Source: Candidatus Arsenophonus melophagi
Lineage (GTDB): Bacteria > Pseudomonadota > Gammaproteobacteria > Enterobacterales > Enterobacteriaceae
Length of the DNA: 64,000 nt
Reading direction: 5' to 3'
NCBI GenBank assembly: GCA_032378655.1
Contig: JAVYJS010000006.1
Location: forward strand, 13,685-77,684
This document shows positions 1 to 12,684 of this stretch, piece after piece. The stretch's first letter is position 1; each line of letters starts with the position of its first letter. The translations under genes were made by a program, and so were the position numbers. Under the pieces are notes generated by a model. The model searched no databases. It worked only from the letters and a program-made list of their open reading frames with translations, and was not told where the DNA came from.

Positions 1-631
1 TGAAGTGTTTCATGAACAAGCCTTAAAACAAAAGCAAGTAAAATGGTTAGCACAAGGAACTATTTATCCAGACATCATTGAGTCTGCTGCTGCTGCAACA
101 GGTACAGCGCACATCATTAAATCTCACCACAATGTTGGTGGTTTGCCAGAAGATATGAAATTGGGACTAGTAGAACCATTAAAAACATTGTTTAAAGATG
201 AGGTGCGACAAATCGGATTAGAGCTAGGACTTCCTTATGATATATTATATCGTCATCCATTTCCTGGTCCTGGTTTAGGAGTACGAGTATTGGGTGCAGT
301 GAAGAAAACTTATTGTGATCTCTTGCGTCAGGCAGATGCCATTTTTATTAAAGAATTGCATAAAGCGAATCTTTATCATAAAGTTAGTCAAGCTTTCGCT
401 GTTTTCTTGCCAGTGCAATCGGTCGCTATAATGGGAGAGAATCGCAGATATGAGTGGGTAATTGCATTGCGTGCAGTTGAAACCACTGATTTTATGACCG
501 CTAATTGGGCGCACTTGCCTTACGATTTTCTTAGCCGAGTTTCAAGTAAAATCATCAATGAAGTCGTAGGCATTTCTAGAGTAGTATATGATATTAGCGG
601 TAAACCGCCAGCGACGATTGAGTGGGAATAA
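1..631 (+). CDS. guaA: GMP synthase (glutamine-hydrolysing), C-terminal part; 5' end lies outside the window
   Basis: The ORF is open to the left edge. The C-terminus ...[16 protein letters not shown] and the HHNVGGLP and [10 protein letters not shown] motifs match enterobacterial GuaA. Confidence 0.95.
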   Translation, partial: EVFHEQALKQKQVKWLAQGTIYPDIIESAAAATGTAHIIKSHHNVGGLPEDMKLGLVEPLKTLFKDEVRQIGLELGLPYDILYRHPFPGPGLGVRVLGAVKKTYCDLLRQADAIFIKELHKANLYHKVSQAFAVFLPVQSVAIMGENRRYEWVIALRAVETTDFMTANWAHLPYDFLSRVSSKIINEVVGISRVVYDISGKPPATIEWE

Positions 632-894
632 TAAAGCGTATATTGACTCATTTCTTTTTGATAAAGAAATACATTCTCAATCTCAATTTATCTTAATAGA
701 AGATATTGAAATACAGCTGATATAATTTATCCGTTGTTTGTATTATTATTAATACATTTATTATCTTTTAATCTTCCAGGAGAGATCAGGAAGGTTAAGT
801 AGAAGAATTAAGTAGAATTAAGTAGTTGGTTGCACTCCTCGCTACTGGTGGTCTGAATATTTGAATCGATTGCAATAACAAAAATCCATCAAAC

Positions 895-947
895 AATATT
901 GAAGAATATAGTCTATTGAACTACTATAGACTATATTCTTCAATATT
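895..947. repeat. Perfect inverted repeat, 21-bp arms, 11-nt spacer
   Basis: Arms are aatattgaagaatatagtcta (895-915) and tagactatattcttcaatatt (927-947). It lies 264 bp downstream of guaA. Confidence 0.93.
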
Positions 948-1573
948 AGAAGTGATTTTAATTAAAAAAAATAAAACCAAAAAAAAGAATTGGTAATACC
1001 TATATATAATTGCACTTATTCGAATTTTTATCGAAATATTGAAAATTTGCACGCAGATTGCTTATTTGCAGCTATAGTCAGTCCATTATCATTAGCGATG
1101 CTACAATTATTAGCAATATAACTATACATTCTTTGTGCAACGTTGAAATGTATTCAATGCAGTAAGAGCAAATAATACGATAAAAGTCTGGTTTATAATC
1201 ACTATTCCTAATATTCTTATAATTAAGATATAAATGCTTATTTAGTTTTAATTCCTTTCAGATCTTCTTGTGCATACATCAAGAACACTAGCGCTACAAT
1301 TTTATACAATTTTGCTATTTCTGCACATGATACATGTGTGTGTGCTTATTAAACTACTAATAAATTTATGTCGTTTCCAACATAAACAAGATGACTCATT
1401 CAATTCAATATTTTTATGATAGAATAATTGTGTATACAATTACATACTTTAGTCTACATCATTTGTAGAAATGTATTCTAGGATGAAGGCAGATTTTAGC
1501 TAAAATGATTAGCTACTAGCTAAAATATAGTAAATAAGATTCTGAAAATAATCGACTTAAAAATCGATACAAG

Positions 1574-1595
1574 AGCTTAGTCCAAGGACTAAGCT
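1574..1595 (-). terminator. Possible intrinsic terminator hairpin downstream of aroH
   Basis: agcttagtcc-aa-ggactaagct forms a 10-bp stem about 100 bp past the aroH stop. The minus-strand sequence after it is moderately T-rich (cgatttttaag). Confidence 0.3.
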
Positions 1596-1691
1596 AGAGA
1601 TGATAATACTGTATGTAGCATTTTACAAAATATTCACTGCATTTTTTTTATAGTTTATTGAATTTTAGTTTTAAATTTTTATAAAAAATAT

Positions 1692-2738
1692 TTAAAATCG
1701 ATGTTTAACCGCTTCAGCTAAAATAGATAATAATTGTTCAGTATCCCGCCAACCTAAGCAAGGATCTGTAATAGATTGACCATAAGTGAGAGCTTTACCA
1801 GAAATAACTTTCTGAGAGCCCTCTACGAGAAAACTTTCCACCATAATACCTGCAATCGTTCTGGATCCTTTTTTTAATTGTTGGGCAATATTTTTAGCAA
1901 CATCTAATTGACGTTGATAAATTTTTTGACAATTGCCATGACTAAAGTCAATTACTAATTTTTCAGGTAATCCTAATTGGCGTAATTGACTACAAGCAAG
2001 CGCAATGTCTTCCGTGCTGTAATTAGGCCGTTTTCCTCCACGCATAATAATATGGCTATAAGGATTACCTTTAGTTTGATAAATAGTCACATGGCCATTT
2101 TTATCAGGTAATAAAAATACATGACCAGAACGTGCAGAACGAATTGCATCAAGCGCAATATTAATATTGCCATCAGTGCTATTTTTAAATCCAACTGGAC
2201 AAGAAAGAGCCGACGCCATTTGACGATGAATTTGGCTTTCTGTTGTTCTAGCACCTATGGTTCCAAAGCTAATAAGATCAGCAACATATTGCCCAATGAT
2301 TATATCTAAAAATTCAGTTGCTGTTGGCAACTTGAGCTGATTAATGTTAGTAAGTAGCTTACGAGCTACTCGTAAGCCTTTGTTAACTTTACAGGAATTA
2401 TTTAAATCAGGATCAGAAATTAAACCCTTCCATCCTATAACCGTACGTGGTTTTTCAAAATAAGTGCGCATCACGATTTCAAGATAGTCTTTATACTCAA
2501 TTCGCAACTTAACCAGCATTTTTGCGTATTCCAGTGCTGCTTGAGGATCATGTACTGAACACGGTCCAATGACCGCCATCAGTCGATGATCTTTGCCAGT
2601 TAAAATTAACTCAATATTTTTTCTTGATATTGCAATGTTTTCAATAATTTCTTCAGATATAGGAAACTCATCAGCCAAAGCTTGTGGGGTAATAAGGCTA
2701 TCAATAGGATCTGTTCTTAACCCATCTGTTTTATACAT
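1692..2738 (-). CDS. aroH: 3-deoxy-7-phosphoheptulonate (DAHP) synthase, AroH-like (Trp-sensitive type)
   Basis: The motifs IVMRTYFEKPRTVIGWKGLISDPDLN, GARTTESQIHRQMASALSCPVGFKN, PDKNGHVTIYQTKGNPYSHIIMRGGKRPNY and DFSHGNCQK follow E. coli AroH more closely than AroG or AroF. Met17 (MYKTDGLRTD) aligns with the AroH N-terminus, so I prefer the start at 2738. The ORF-track start is 2786. Confidence 0.93.
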   Translation of the reverse strand: MYKTDGLRTDPIDSLITPQALADEFPISEEIIENIAISRKNIELILTGKDHRLMAVIGPCSVHDPQAALEYAKMLVKLRIEYKDYLEIVMRTYFEKPRTVIGWKGLISDPDLNNSCKVNKGLRVARKLLTNINQLKLPTATEFLDIIIGQYVADLISFGTIGARTTESQIHRQMASALSCPVGFKNSTDGNINIALDAIRSARSGHVFLLPDKNGHVTIYQTKGNPYSHIIMRGGKRPNYSTEDIALACSQLRQLGLPEKLVIDFSHGNCQKIYQRQLDVAKNIAQQLKKGSRTIAGIMVESFLVEGSQKVISGKALTYGQSITDPCLGWRDTEQLLSILAEAVKHRF

Positions 2739-2850
2739 ATTTATCTCATATATACTGCAATGTAGTAGATCTTCTTGCCCAAGCAATTAGCATGGTTACA
2801 ACTAAAATAAACCTCTTCCAAGAGTTTATAACTGAGCATTAATATAATTA

Positions 2851-2904
2851 ATATTTAGCTTAGTACATCTGTTGTTGAAACAACAGATGTACTAAGCTAA
2901 ATAT
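2851..2904. repeat. Perfect inverted repeat, 26-bp arms, 2-nt centre
   Basis: Arms are atatttagcttagtacatctgttgtt (2851-2876) and aacaacagatgtactaagctaaatat (2879-2904). It lies 113 bp upstream of the aroH start. Confidence 0.95.
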
Positions 2905-5864
2905 ATCAATGACTTTAGTGAAAAGTATTTCATTAAAGTTATTACTGAGTTGTATATAAATAATAACTCTTATTGCTTTGCTACAGAAAGCCTATAACTC
3001 CTTAGTTAATTTTATCTAAAATTGACATTATGATAAATAAAGATTTTTACAACACTTTTAAAATAGCGGTGAGTTACTCAGAGACAATTACTGTCTCTGA
3101 CAGAGTATAATAATATACGGTTTAACATATAAGATAATGGCCTATTACCAGTATCATGAAAGCTGCAAAAGGATAATTAATAACCTACATCGTAAATCAT
3201 ATCACTCAATAAAGTCTATTTTAATCAAGTCTATTTTTTTGTTTTACTGCAGCGTGAAACATAAAGTAATATCACTTGAGTATCATCCAGATTACTTAAT
3301 GATATATCATCATTATTATGTGCTAATGTATATTTAATCAGTGAAATTCTAACATCATATGGATCCTAGATTAGAAAGTCTAGGAGGTGAGATTATAGTT
3401 TAGTTTATATTTTCAGACAACTGTTTTATGGATCAGATCAATAAAAGATTGCAGGATCTAATAAAAATCGCTGATATTATCAGTCATGATTTTATTGTTA
3501 ACAGAACAATAAAGGAAAAACTAAAAACCAAAATCTGAGTTTAATAATAGATTGTATCAATTTTTATTTCTCTTGCGCATTTGCTGATTTTAATGACGAT
3601 AACGATCGTATAACAAAAATGTTTCGTTATGTAACATGAAAGTCCATTCAGTTTCTTTAAATTTTCTTGTATCGCATCGTGCTGCAAATACTGCATTAGC
3701 TTTAAGGATTAATTAAAAGTAATGATACTAATCAACTTAGTATATCAATTATTGAATGCAATTAATATTAAGAATGCGAATCAATATTATAAAGGATTGT
3801 AACCATTGCATTGAACTGATACAGGCTTTATTGCCAATAGCATCAGCAGATGCGTCCAGATGCTTTATGGGGTCTCAAATGAAATTTTGCTAAATTTCAT
3901 CACTGAAAATTTAGAGATAATATTAAGTGATCAAGATTCTATTGGGTTTTAATTAATAGAAAAGAATTTACTCTATCAGCGATAATTTTAATATGACGAG
4001 TGATTTTGTATTATTTAATTTCTAGTTAGATAAAATCTGTTAACTGAATCGTCGCCGCTTGTGGTAATTGACTTCTAATGCGTTGTTTTCTAAATATTCA
4101 ATATGGCAAATTTGCTAAGAAACGTAAAAAATTGAAGACAATCAATTTTTTAGAAATTGTTTAGATCCAATAATAATTGGATTTTGTTTCACTAAAATTG
4201 AAATCATAAATTATCAATAATATTGATCTTAATGAGAGCAGAGAGTAAAGCTACTTTTACTTCAATAAAAGTTATGCAGAAACCAAATATTTTTTTTGTA
4301 ATGAACTTTATAGCTGTTTTAAAAACATGGAGAAAACAGGGGCACTATTATGATTAGTGCAAAATATCATTTGGCTACGATAAGAGAAGATTTACATCAA
4401 TAAATTTACTGATGTTAAGTAGTGCGATGTCAAAAATCATTACAATACACAACCAATGTTGACAGAAAAATAATTTTTATTTTACGTTTAAAACTAGTAA
4501 GACACTGTTCCAGTATTATCTATTATCCAATTTTATTAAAATAAGTTCTACTTTTTATATAACTTATAAGTATGGTGCGGTTAATAATGATAACGAGAAT
4601 GGTTTTTTAGAGCAGCTTTATTTTGAATGATGAAGTCAATAATCCTTTAACAATAACAATCCATAATGGAAGGGTAATAAAATTGTAATAATCAAGCACT
4701 GATCTGCTACTGATATCGAGAGTGTGCAGGACATTAAGAATTCTAAGTAATCTGTTTATCATAGTATTTGATATAGTAATATACAGTCACCTATCAATAC
4801 TAATAAAATACGAGATCAGCGACGATTTATTTTTAGATTGGTAAACTACACAGCAGTGGATTATAGAGCACAATGTAAGTAAAAGGATAAATAGCTAATA
4901 TAAGGATACAGATATCGCATGTGTACTATATCTAGAATCCAATAATGAAAGTCATAAAAAAATTTTACTTCTTGGTAAAATTGATATACATATATTATTT
5001 AGTATGTACTCAATGATCATTTAATTATGTTTTAATATAAAGAAATCAAAAATAATTAAATTAATTAATATGCATTAAATAATCCCTATTTATATAGTTT
5101 CGTTTTTATTAAACGGTTTAATAATTTTTATTGATTGCTTACACTTTCTCTCCAAGTATATATAGGAGAGACTCTATGTGAAAAACGGTAGCACTACCGA
5201 ACAAATAAAAAGTAATAATATCAATAATAAAATTCTAACATATACCAATAAAATAATAATCATTGATCAATGCACCTAGGTTTTCTGACCAAACAGCTAT
5301 ACTATGCATAGTATCATAATCAATAAATAATTAAGTTAGATAACATATCCATACCGTGTAGTACTAAGAATATTGCACAGCTAGTAATGTGCTACTAGCA
5401 TATATTAATGTAGCTACAATAACATCTGAAGCAATGAATGCTATTAAGCATTTAGTTAAAATCGATTTTTATAGTAGGTATCAATCAAGTTGTAGTATGG
5501 TGCTATCACAATGTAAATAGCTTCATTGGAACAAGCAACATGGAAAGGCTAAAGTGATATTGCTGAGATTATAGGTCATATTAGTTATATGAGAGCTCTA
5601 TAATCATATTAATACACACGTTAAATTAAAAGTTAACAACTAAAAAGGTATTTATGAGCACGATAGCATGAAATATCTATTACTTGTAATTAAGTAATAA
5701 TGTATGTGTAGTAAAGTGCTAATATATAAAAATAAAATAAAAACATTCATGTGAATATCTAAGATCATGCTCTAAGTTGAGGAGGCGCTTATGGCGTTAA
5801 AGAAATGAATAGTTTGCGTAATTAATAGTATATAAATCCATGTAAAAGTCATATGCTAAGTCAT

Positions 5865-5894
5865 CTGGATCATTGCATTGATGCAATGATCCAG
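5865..5894. repeat. Perfect hairpin, 13-bp stem, 4-nt loop
   Basis: ctggatcattgca-ttga-tgcaatgatccag. Confidence 0.9.
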
Positions 5895-6040
5895 GTTGAT
5901 CCGAGAACCTCATAAACTTTTAGTTATTACCATGGTGTTACTTTGATATCTTTGAAAAACTTTTCAGATAGTATTGACCAACTTTTTAAGTATGATATCT
6001 GAGATTATCTATAAAATAATAAGAACCAGAGCTATAAAGA

Positions 6041-6080
6041 CTGAATTAGTGCTAATCTGATATCACTAGCACTGATTCAG
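6041..6080. repeat. Inverted repeat, 14-bp arms with one G.T mismatch, 12-nt loop
   Basis: Arms are ctgaattagtgcta and tagcactgattcag. T6047 lies opposite G6074. Confidence 0.85.
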
Positions 6081-6346
6081 TAAAAGTTATAGTTCATGTG
6101 ATATATTCTATCTTTTCGGCGATACAGTCTGAACAATAAATATTTTATGAATATGAAGCACTAATTTTTATTTTTCAATAATTTTAATCTGCAAAATAAT
6201 TTTATTTTACTGATACAGTTTACTAAATTAAAGTTATTGATAAAGGGAGAATTGAATGATAATAGTAAATGAAATAAAATTTTTAATAAAAATATTTTTA
6301 TATTAAATATCTTCTTAAGATAAAGAGTTAAAATGGTATATGCTCT

Positions 6347-6373
6347 TAATTTAAGAGCATATAATTGTTTTAA
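6347..6373. repeat. Perfect palindrome, 13+1+13 nt
   Basis: tatatgctcttaa-t-ttaagagcatata, about 83 bp upstream of sufA. Confidence 0.9.
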
Positions 6374-6455
6374 GAAATAAACTGGTTACATTGATCGTAT
6401 AAAATATAATCATATAATATATGTTAATGAACATATTCATTTAGTGGGGTCAAGA

Positions 6456-6824
6456 ATGGTAGAGCATTTTGACACTGTTTCTTTACATAAAAGAATTTGG
6501 AATGGTCTTACCATGACTGATAAGGCAGCTGCTCAAATTCGTAAATTAATGAAAAAAAATCCTGCGAGTAAAGGCTTGTCTCTTGATATTAAGCAATCAG
6601 GTTGTGCAGGATTTAGTTATGTCATTGCATTGATAGATAAACCAACCAAAGAATATTTACTGTTTGAAAATCATGGCGCTAAACTTTTTGTGCCTTTGAA
6701 GGCAATACCATTTATTGATGGTACTGAGATTGATTATGTCCGTGATGGATTTAATCAAATATTTAAATTTAACAATCCTAAAGCCCAACACGCATGTGGT
6801 TGTGGTGAAAGCTTTAATATTTAA
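6456..6824 (+). CDS. sufA: Fe-S cluster assembly scaffold / A-type carrier SufA
   Basis: GCAGF, LFVPL..IPFIDGTEIDYV and FNNPKAQHACGCGESF match E. coli SufA. The ATG at 6456 gives 122 aa, the same as E. coli. The ORF track starts at GTG 6444. Confidence 0.93.
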   Translation: MVEHFDTVSLHKRIWNGLTMTDKAAAQIRKLMKKNPASKGLSLDIKQSGCAGFSYVIALIDKPTKEYLLFENHGAKLFVPLKAIPFIDGTEIDYVRDGFNQIFKFNNPKAQHACGCGESFNI

Positions 6825-6835
6825 GTGAATGAATT

Positions 6836-8335
6836 ATGTCACATCGTAATATAGAAATTAGTAATGATATTCAAGAATGGTTAACCAAGCATCATTATAA
6901 AGAGGGGTTTTTCACTCATGTTGCAACGGATGAATTAGCTAAAGGTCTGAATGAAGAGGTTATTAAAGCGATTTCTAGCAAACGTCATGAACCTGATTGG
7001 ATGTTACAGTTTCGTTTAGAAGCTTATCAACATTGGTTGGGAATGAAAGAACCTCACTGGCTTAAAGGTTATTATCCTAATTTAAATTATCAGGAATATA
7101 GTTATTATTCCGCGCCTTCCTGTAATAACTGCGATGAACATTATCATAATGAAAATAATATACCATCAGATATAAGTAGTGCGGATAGTAATAATTATAT
7201 GACTGAAGAAGTGGAAGAAGCATTCAATAAACTTGGAGTTCCAGTACGTGAAGGAAAATCGATTGCAGTAGATGCAATTTTTGACTCGGTTTCAGTTTCA
7301 ACAACATATCGTAAAGAATTATCAAAACTTGGTATTATTTTTTGTTCTTTCAGTGCGGCAATCCAACAATATCCTAAGCTAGTAAAAAAACATATTGGTA
7401 CAGTTGTTTCTAATCGAGATAATTTTTTCGCTTCATTAAATTCTGCTGTTGCTTCTGATGGTACGTTTGTTTATATACCAAAAGGTATTCGGTGTCCGGT
7501 AGAATTGTCTACCTATTTTCGCATTAATGCAGCTAAGACAGGTCAATTTGAACGTACAATCTTGATTGCTGATGAAGGTAGTTATGTTAGTTATATTGAA
7601 GGATGCTCTGCTCCAGTACGAGATAATTATCAATTACATGCTGCTGTTGTTGAAGTGATTATCCATAAGGATGCTGAAGTAAAATATTCTACTGTACAAA
7701 ATTGGTTTTCAGGTGCCAATAGTGACAGCAGTGGTATTTTAAATTTTGTCACCAAACGTGCTTTATGTAGAGGGGAGAATGCAAAAATGTCCTGGACACA
7801 GTCTGAAACAGGTTCAGCGATTACTTGGAAATATCCCAGTATTATTTTGCAGGGGGATAATTCAATAGGAGAATTTTTCTCCATTGCGTTAACTAACAAC
7901 AATCAACAGGCTGATACCGGTACTAAAATGATTCATATTGGTAAGAATACGCATTCTACTATCATTTCAAAAGGGATTTCCGCAGGGAGTAGTCAAAATA
8001 GTTACCGTGGGTTAGTCAAAATTTTACCAACCGCAGAAAATGCCAGAAATTATACTCAATGCGATTCTATGTTAATCGGTACTAAATGTGGTGCACATAC
8101 ATTTCCTTGTATCGAAGTAAAAAATAGTAGTGCGCAGTTAGAACATGAGGCTACGACATCCAGTATCGGTAAAGATCAACTCTTTTACTGTTTACAACGT
8201 GGTATTAGTGAAGATGATGCTATTTCCATGATTGTCAATGGATTCTGTAAAGATGTATTTTCTGAATTACCATTAGAGTTTGCTGTAGAAGCACAAAAAT
8301 TGTTAGCAATTAGCTTAGAACATAGTGTGGGGTGA
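6836..8335 (+). CDS. sufB: Fe-S cluster assembly protein SufB
   Basis: 499 aa. It is collinear with E. coli SufB, including the [10 protein letters not shown] region, FERTLIIADEGS-like [23 protein letters not shown], and the C-terminal [13 protein letters not shown]. Confidence 0.96.
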   Translation: MSHRNIEISNDIQEWLTKHHYKEGFFTHVATDELAKGLNEEVIKAISSKRHEPDWMLQFRLEAYQHWLGMKEPHWLKGYYPNLNYQEYSYYSAPSCNNCDEHYHNENNIPSDISSADSNNYMTEEVEEAFNKLGVPVREGKSIAVDAIFDSVSVSTTYRKELSKLGIIFCSFSAAIQQYPKLVKKHIGTVVSNRDNFFASLNSAVASDGTFVYIPKGIRCPVELSTYFRINAAKTGQFERTILIADEGSYVSYIEGCSAPVRDNYQLHAAVVEVIIHKDAEVKYSTVQNWFSGANSDSSGILNFVTKRALCRGENAKMSWTQSETGSAITWKYPSIILQGDNSIGEFFSIALTNNNQQADTGTKMIHIGKNTHSTIISKGISAGSSQNSYRGLVKILPTAENARNYTQCDSMLIGTKCGAHTFPCIEVKNSSAQLEHEATTSSIGKDQLFYCLQRGISEDDAISMIVNGFCKDVFSELPLEFAVEAQKLLAISLEHSVG

Positions 8336-8376
8336 TGATTCTTTGAAAGAATCCTAAATTATTCAAAGGCCAATAA

Positions 8377-9120
8377 ATGTTAAGTATTAAAAATTTAAAT
8401 GTCAGCATTAAAGGTAACAAAATTCTTAACGGACTAAACCTTACAGTAAAAGCGGGTGAAGTACATGCAATCATGGGGCCTAATGGATCAGGTAAGAGTA
8501 CATTATCAGTAACATTAGCAGGAAATAAAGAATATCAAATAGAGCAGGGTGAAATTTTATTCAAAAATAAAAATTTGCTTGCATTATCACCAGAAGAACG
8601 TGCAGGAGAAGGTATATTTTTAGCTTTTCAGTATCCAGTTGAGATCCCAGGAGTCAGTAATCAATTTTTCTTACACACGTCTGTTAATGCAGTCCGGGCA
8701 TATCGTCAGCAGCCATCACTCGATAGATTTGATTTTCAGGATTTTATTGACAATAAAATTGAATTGCTCGATATGCCGAAAGATCTACTGACTCGTTCAG
8801 TTAATGTCGGATTTTCTGGAGGAGAAAAAAAACGCAATGATATTTTGCAAATGGCAGCATTAGAACCTGAATTATGTATTTTAGATGAAACAGATTCGGG
8901 TCTTGATATTGATGCCCTAAAAATAGTTGCTCATGGCGTAAACTATCTGCGTACTGCTACAAGGGCTTTTATTATCGTTACACACTATCAGCGTATTTTA
9001 GATTATGTAATACCTGATTTTGTTCATGTCCTACATCATGGAAAAATTATTCAATCAGGTGATGTTACATTAGCTAAAAAACTGGAGGTAGAAGGCTATG
9101 TCTGGCTCACTGATCAATAG
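8377..9120 (+). CDS. sufC: Fe-S cluster assembly ATPase SufC
   Basis: It has Walker A GPNGSGKST, the ABC signature FSGGEKKR and Walker B ILDETDSGLD. At 247 aa it is positioned between sufB and sufD. Confidence 0.96.
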   Translation: MLSIKNLNVSIKGNKILNGLNLTVKAGEVHAIMGPNGSGKSTLSVTLAGNKEYQIEQGEILFKNKNLLALSPEERAGEGIFLAFQYPVEIPGVSNQFFLHTSVNAVRAYRQQPSLDRFDFQDFIDNKIELLDMPKDLLTRSVNVGFSGGEKKRNDILQMAALEPELCILDETDSGLDIDALKIVAHGVNYLRTATRAFIIVTHYQRILDYVIPDFVHVLHHGKIIQSGDVTLAKKLEVEGYVWLTDQ

Positions 9121-10417
9121 TGAAAGAACAGAACCACAACGTCAAGCTACTACGTTAAATCAAAATGCTCAAAAATGTTTCACTGAACTTTTTTATTCCA
9201 GTGAACGAGCTAATGAAAAACAAGCTCAGACTTATTGGTCTGAGGTAGAAAAAATCGGGTTTTCTCCTCTTTTCCATAAAGATTGGCATTTTTCCCCTCT
9301 AGGAAAAATACTGAATGTGCATTATCAATTAAATAATGCTATTGTTCCTGCAATCACTGCTGAGCAGTTAAAACAGCTGGCTATTGGCATCAATAGCTGG
9401 AAAATTGTTTTTTTTAATGGACGTCTTATGCCTACACTAAGCAGTGATCACTTTGGTCCTTATAAAATCCAAATGATGGACTCGCTAGCTCAGCTTCCGG
9501 AGCCTATCATCAATGATGAAATATTTCTCTATTTAACTGAAAGTTTAGCTGCTCAACCCTTATTAATTAAACTAGCCGCTAATCATCAGGTAGAAAGCCC
9601 ACTGTATATCTTAAATATTACTTCTGGAGCAGAACGTAGTGAATGTGTTAACATGAGTTACTATCGCTATCATGTAGATATTGGAGTTAATTGCCAATCA
9701 CACATTATAGAACATTTTATTTCGATGGATGATACACCGCATCTAACAGGTAGCCGGTTAACTGCAAATATCGGTAATAATAGCCATTTTAATCATATTA
9801 AACTCAGCGCTGAAAATAACCTCAGTAACCATTTTGCTTATAATGATATATTATCAGGCTATAATACACAAATAAAAAGTAGTTGTATTTTTATAGGTTC
9901 AGCATTACTTTGCCACAATACCAGTGTAAAATTAAATGGGTCATGCAGCAATTTAACACTAAATAGTTTATCGATACCACACGATAGTGAAATTGTCGAT
10001 AATAGAACGTATATTGAGCATAATCATCCATATTGTGGAAGTCGTCAATTACATAAAACGATCGCACTAGATGAAAGTAAAGCCATTTTTACTGGCATGG
10101 TCAAAGTTTTACCAGTATCGGTTAAAACCGATAGTAAAATAACACATAACAGTTTGTTATTAGGCAAATATGCAGAAACTCATACTAAACCGCAATTAGA
10201 GATTTATGCTGACGATGTTAAGTGTAGTCATGGTGCTACAGTAGGTTTTATAAATGATGAGCAACTATTTTATTTATGTTCACGGGGTATTCCTATAGAT
10301 AATGCAAAACATATGATCATCATAGCTTTTGCAGTTGAAATCATCAAGGCCATTGATGATGAAGTTGTAAGCAATAAGATAATGAATATTATTCAGCAGC
10401 GCCTGACAGGAACTTAA
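9098..10417 (+). CDS. sufD: Fe-S cluster assembly protein SufD
   Basis: The C-terminal block [32 protein letters not shown] is typical of SufD. It overlaps the sufC end by 23 nt. Confidence 0.93.
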   Translation: MSGSLINSERTEPQRQATTLNQNAQKCFTELFYSSERANEKQAQTYWSEVEKIGFSPLFHKDWHFSPLGKILNVHYQLNNAIVPAITAEQLKQLAIGINSWKIVFFNGRLMPTLSSDHFGPYKIQMMDSLAQLPEPIINDEIFLYLTESLAAQPLLIKLAANHQVESPLYILNITSGAERSECVNMSYYRYHVDIGVNCQSHIIEHFISMDDTPHLTGSRLTANIGNNSHFNHIKLSAENNLSNHFAYNDILSGYNTQIKSSCIFIGSALLCHNTSVKLNGSCSNLTLNSLSIPHDSEIVDNRTYIEHNHPYCGSRQLHKTIALDESKAIFTGMVKVLPVSVKTDSKITHNSLLLGKYAETHTKPQLEIYADDVKCSHGATVGFINDEQLFYLCSRGIPIDNAKHMIIIAFAVEIIKAIDDEVVSNKIMNIIQQRLTGT

Positions 10418-10418
10418 T

Positions 10419-11675
10419 ATGGCATTTTCCATAGCATCAATTCGCAATGATTTTCCAATTCTGTCAGAAAAAATTAATGATAGACAGTTAGTTTATTTAG
10501 ATAGTGCCGCTAGTGCACAAAAACCAATACAAGTGATTGAAAAAGAAAGACAGTTTCTTCTGCATCACTATGCAGCGGTACATAGAGGAATCCATCACTT
10601 AAGCAATAATGCTACTACTACAATAGAAAATATTCGCCAACAAGTCGCTGACTTTATCCATGCTGCTAATGCAGAAGAAATTATTTTTGTTAAAGGAACC
10701 ACTGAAGGGATCAATTTAATTGCCAATAGTTATGGACGCTGTTTTATCCAATCAGGCGATAATATTATTATTAGCCAAATGGAACATCACTCCAACATCG
10801 TGCCTTGGCATCTACTTGCTAGGCAAATTGGTTTTAATATTCGTGTATTACCTATTGATCATAATGGAAAACTAATGTTTGATCGATTAGATATGCTAAT
10901 CGATAGCCGCACTCGATTACTGGCTTTTACACATATGTCCAATGTATTAGGAACTGTTAATCCAGCAAAAACAGTTATTTCCTATGCGCGTCAATGCGCA
11001 GCACAAAAAGCAGCTAAATTACATATTTTGCTTGATGGCGCCCAAAGTATTATGCATCAAATGCTTGATGTGCAAGATTTAGATTGTGATTTTTATGTTT
11101 TTTCTGGCCATAAATTATATGGCCCTACTGGTATTGGTGTTTTATATGGAAAAAAGAAATTATTAAATGAGTTACCTCCTTGGGAAGGAGGTGGAGGCAT
11201 GATTAATCAAGTCAGTATGACATTATCGGCAACATCAAAAATAAATATTAGCTATACAGAAGTTCCTTGGCGATTTGAAGCAGGAACACCAAATATTGTT
11301 GGTATTATTGGTTTAGGTGAGGCATTACGTTATATTAATAACATTGGTTATGAACAAATATCTGCTCATGAAACTTCATTAATTCAATATGCTATACATC
11401 GTTTAAGTACGATAAATTCCTTATGCCTTTACGGTCCAGATACACGAAAAGGGGTTATTGCTTTTAATTTAGGTGATCATCATGCTTATGATGTTGGCAG
11501 TTTTTTGAATAATTATGCTATTGCTATACGCACAGGTCACCATTGTGCATTACCATTGATGGATTTTTATCAAGTACCAGCAATGTGTCGAGCGTCCATA
11601 GCTATTTACAATACTAAAGAAGAGATTGATATTTTGGTTGAAAAATTACAACATATTGAAAAATTACTTGGTTAA
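10419..11675 (+). CDS. sufS: Cysteine desulfurase SufS (PLP-dependent)
   Basis: The motifs are [29 protein letters not shown] (PLP lysine), RFEAGTPN and the active-site RTGHHCA. Confidence 0.96.
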   Translation: MAFSIASIRNDFPILSEKINDRQLVYLDSAASAQKPIQVIEKERQFLLHHYAAVHRGIHHLSNNATTTIENIRQQVADFIHAANAEEIIFVKGTTEGINLIANSYGRCFIQSGDNIIISQMEHHSNIVPWHLLARQIGFNIRVLPIDHNGKLMFDRLDMLIDSRTRLLAFTHMSNVLGTVNPAKTVISYARQCAAQKAAKLHILLDGAQSIMHQMLDVQDLDCDFYVFSGHKLYGPTGIGVLYGKKKLLNELPPWEGGGGMINQVSMTLSATSKINISYTEVPWRFEAGTPNIVGIIGLGEALRYINNIGYEQISAHETSLIQYAIHRLSTINSLCLYGPDTRKGVIAFNLGDHHAYDVGSFLNNYAIAIRTGHHCALPLMDFYQVPAMCRASIAIYNTKEEIDILVEKLQHIEKLLG

Positions 11676-11703
11676 TCTGTTTTAAATTACACAAAAAGGT
11701 GAA

Positions 11704-12144
11704 ATGATGTCATCATTACCTGATGAAGATAAATTATTGAAAAATTTTGCACGTCTTCAAAACTGGGAAGAACGATATCTATATTTAATTGAATTAGGAG
11801 AAAAATTATCACCATTAAGTGATCAAGAAAAACAAACACAAAATCAAGTTTCTGGTTGTCAAAGCCAGGTTTGGCTTTTTATGGAGCTAGAAAGTGATAA
11901 ACGTATTAGGATCTCTGGTGATAGCGATGCAGCTATTGTGAAAGGATTAATTGCATTATTAATGATAATTTTTAGAAATAAAACTGGACAAGAAATACTC
12001 ACTACAGATAGTAGAACTTTTTTTCAAAAGTTATCATTAGAACAACATTTAACGCCATCAAGAACTCAAGGATTGCATGCTATGATTAGAACAATTCATC
12101 ACCGAGCTTATAAATTAACGAATGAAGCAATTCTCTGCAAATAG
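11704..12144 (+). CDS. sufE: Cysteine desulfuration (sulfur acceptor) protein SufE
   Basis: NWEERYLYLIELG, VSGCQSQVW (active Cys), GDSDAAIVKGLIA and QHLTPSRTQGL match E. coli SufE. Confidence 0.94.
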   Translation: MMSSLPDEDKLLKNFARLQNWEERYLYLIELGEKLSPLSDQEKQTQNQVSGCQSQVWLFMELESDKRIRISGDSDAAIVKGLIALLMIIFRNKTGQEILTTDSRTFFQKLSLEQHLTPSRTQGLHAMIRTIHHRAYKLTNEAILCK

Positions 12145-12183
12145 TAATTCAGTACTTACATTGATATAATGTTTGATAAACAA

Positions 12184-12210
12184 ATTCCTCTTCTTGATCA
12201 GAAGAGGAAT
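12184..12210. repeat. Perfect hairpin, 11-bp stem, 5-nt loop; possible terminator at the suf operon end
   Basis: attcctcttct-tgatc-agaagaggaat, 40 bp after the sufE stop. The T-rich tract (tttgttt) is on the minus-strand side, not the plus side. Confidence 0.85.
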
Positions 12211-12658
12211 AAATAAGAAGAAGAAGAGTAAATGTGTCGTATTATCAGATCTACATTGCTAGTGTTCATTTTGATATTGAGTTATGGGTGAGTTCTAGCT
12301 GCTTTCATTGCATATTTATGGGTATGTAAGCATCTTTTACTTTAATCCAAATACAGTGCGTGACTTATGAATTAAGAAGTCACTCATTTTCTAAATGAGT
12401 TTCTGAAAGCTCTAGTATCAAAATTCATCTAAAATAAGTCTTAAGAATTCTAAATATCCTATTTGATATGGATAATATATAGGAATATTTTATTTTAAAA
12501 AGTGAATTTATCATTACTTAGATACTGATGATAGTATGATTAGTATAAAAATAGTTATATGCAATCAATAAAAATGTATATGGAGGAGTACTTCATGCAT
12601 TGCCCCAATTTTTAATTGAATACGATCTAATTATTTAGATAATCTACGCATATTGTTA

Positions 12659-12682
12659 TGTGCATGTTAATTAACATGCACA
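12659..12682. repeat. Perfect 24-nt palindrome
   Basis: tgtgcatgttaattaacatgcaca is its own reverse complement. Confidence 0.93.
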
Positions 12683-12684
12683 AC

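Noticed and set aside
2851-2904. A TrpR operator upstream of aroH, suggested by the GTAC-containing arms.
   Set aside because: The canonical trp/aroH operators are compact (GTACT-N8-AGTAC with CTAG cores). Here the half-sites are in the opposite orientation and about 24 nt apart, with no CTAG.
3137-3337. A 66-aa intergenic ORF (MAYYQYHESCKRIINNLHRK...).
   Set aside because: It has no SD and a Tyr/His/Ile/Lys-rich composition typical of random AT-rich frames. It shows no motif or similarity I can recognise, and it sits barely above the ORF-track length cut-off in a 3.7-kb desert.
5777-5808. A strong SD (gaggagg) with an ATG at 5791 opening a 5-codon ORF (MALKK*) in a locally GC-rich patch.
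   Set aside because: It is too short to be a gene and is most simply the fossil 5' end of a decayed gene. I cannot identify that gene by eye.
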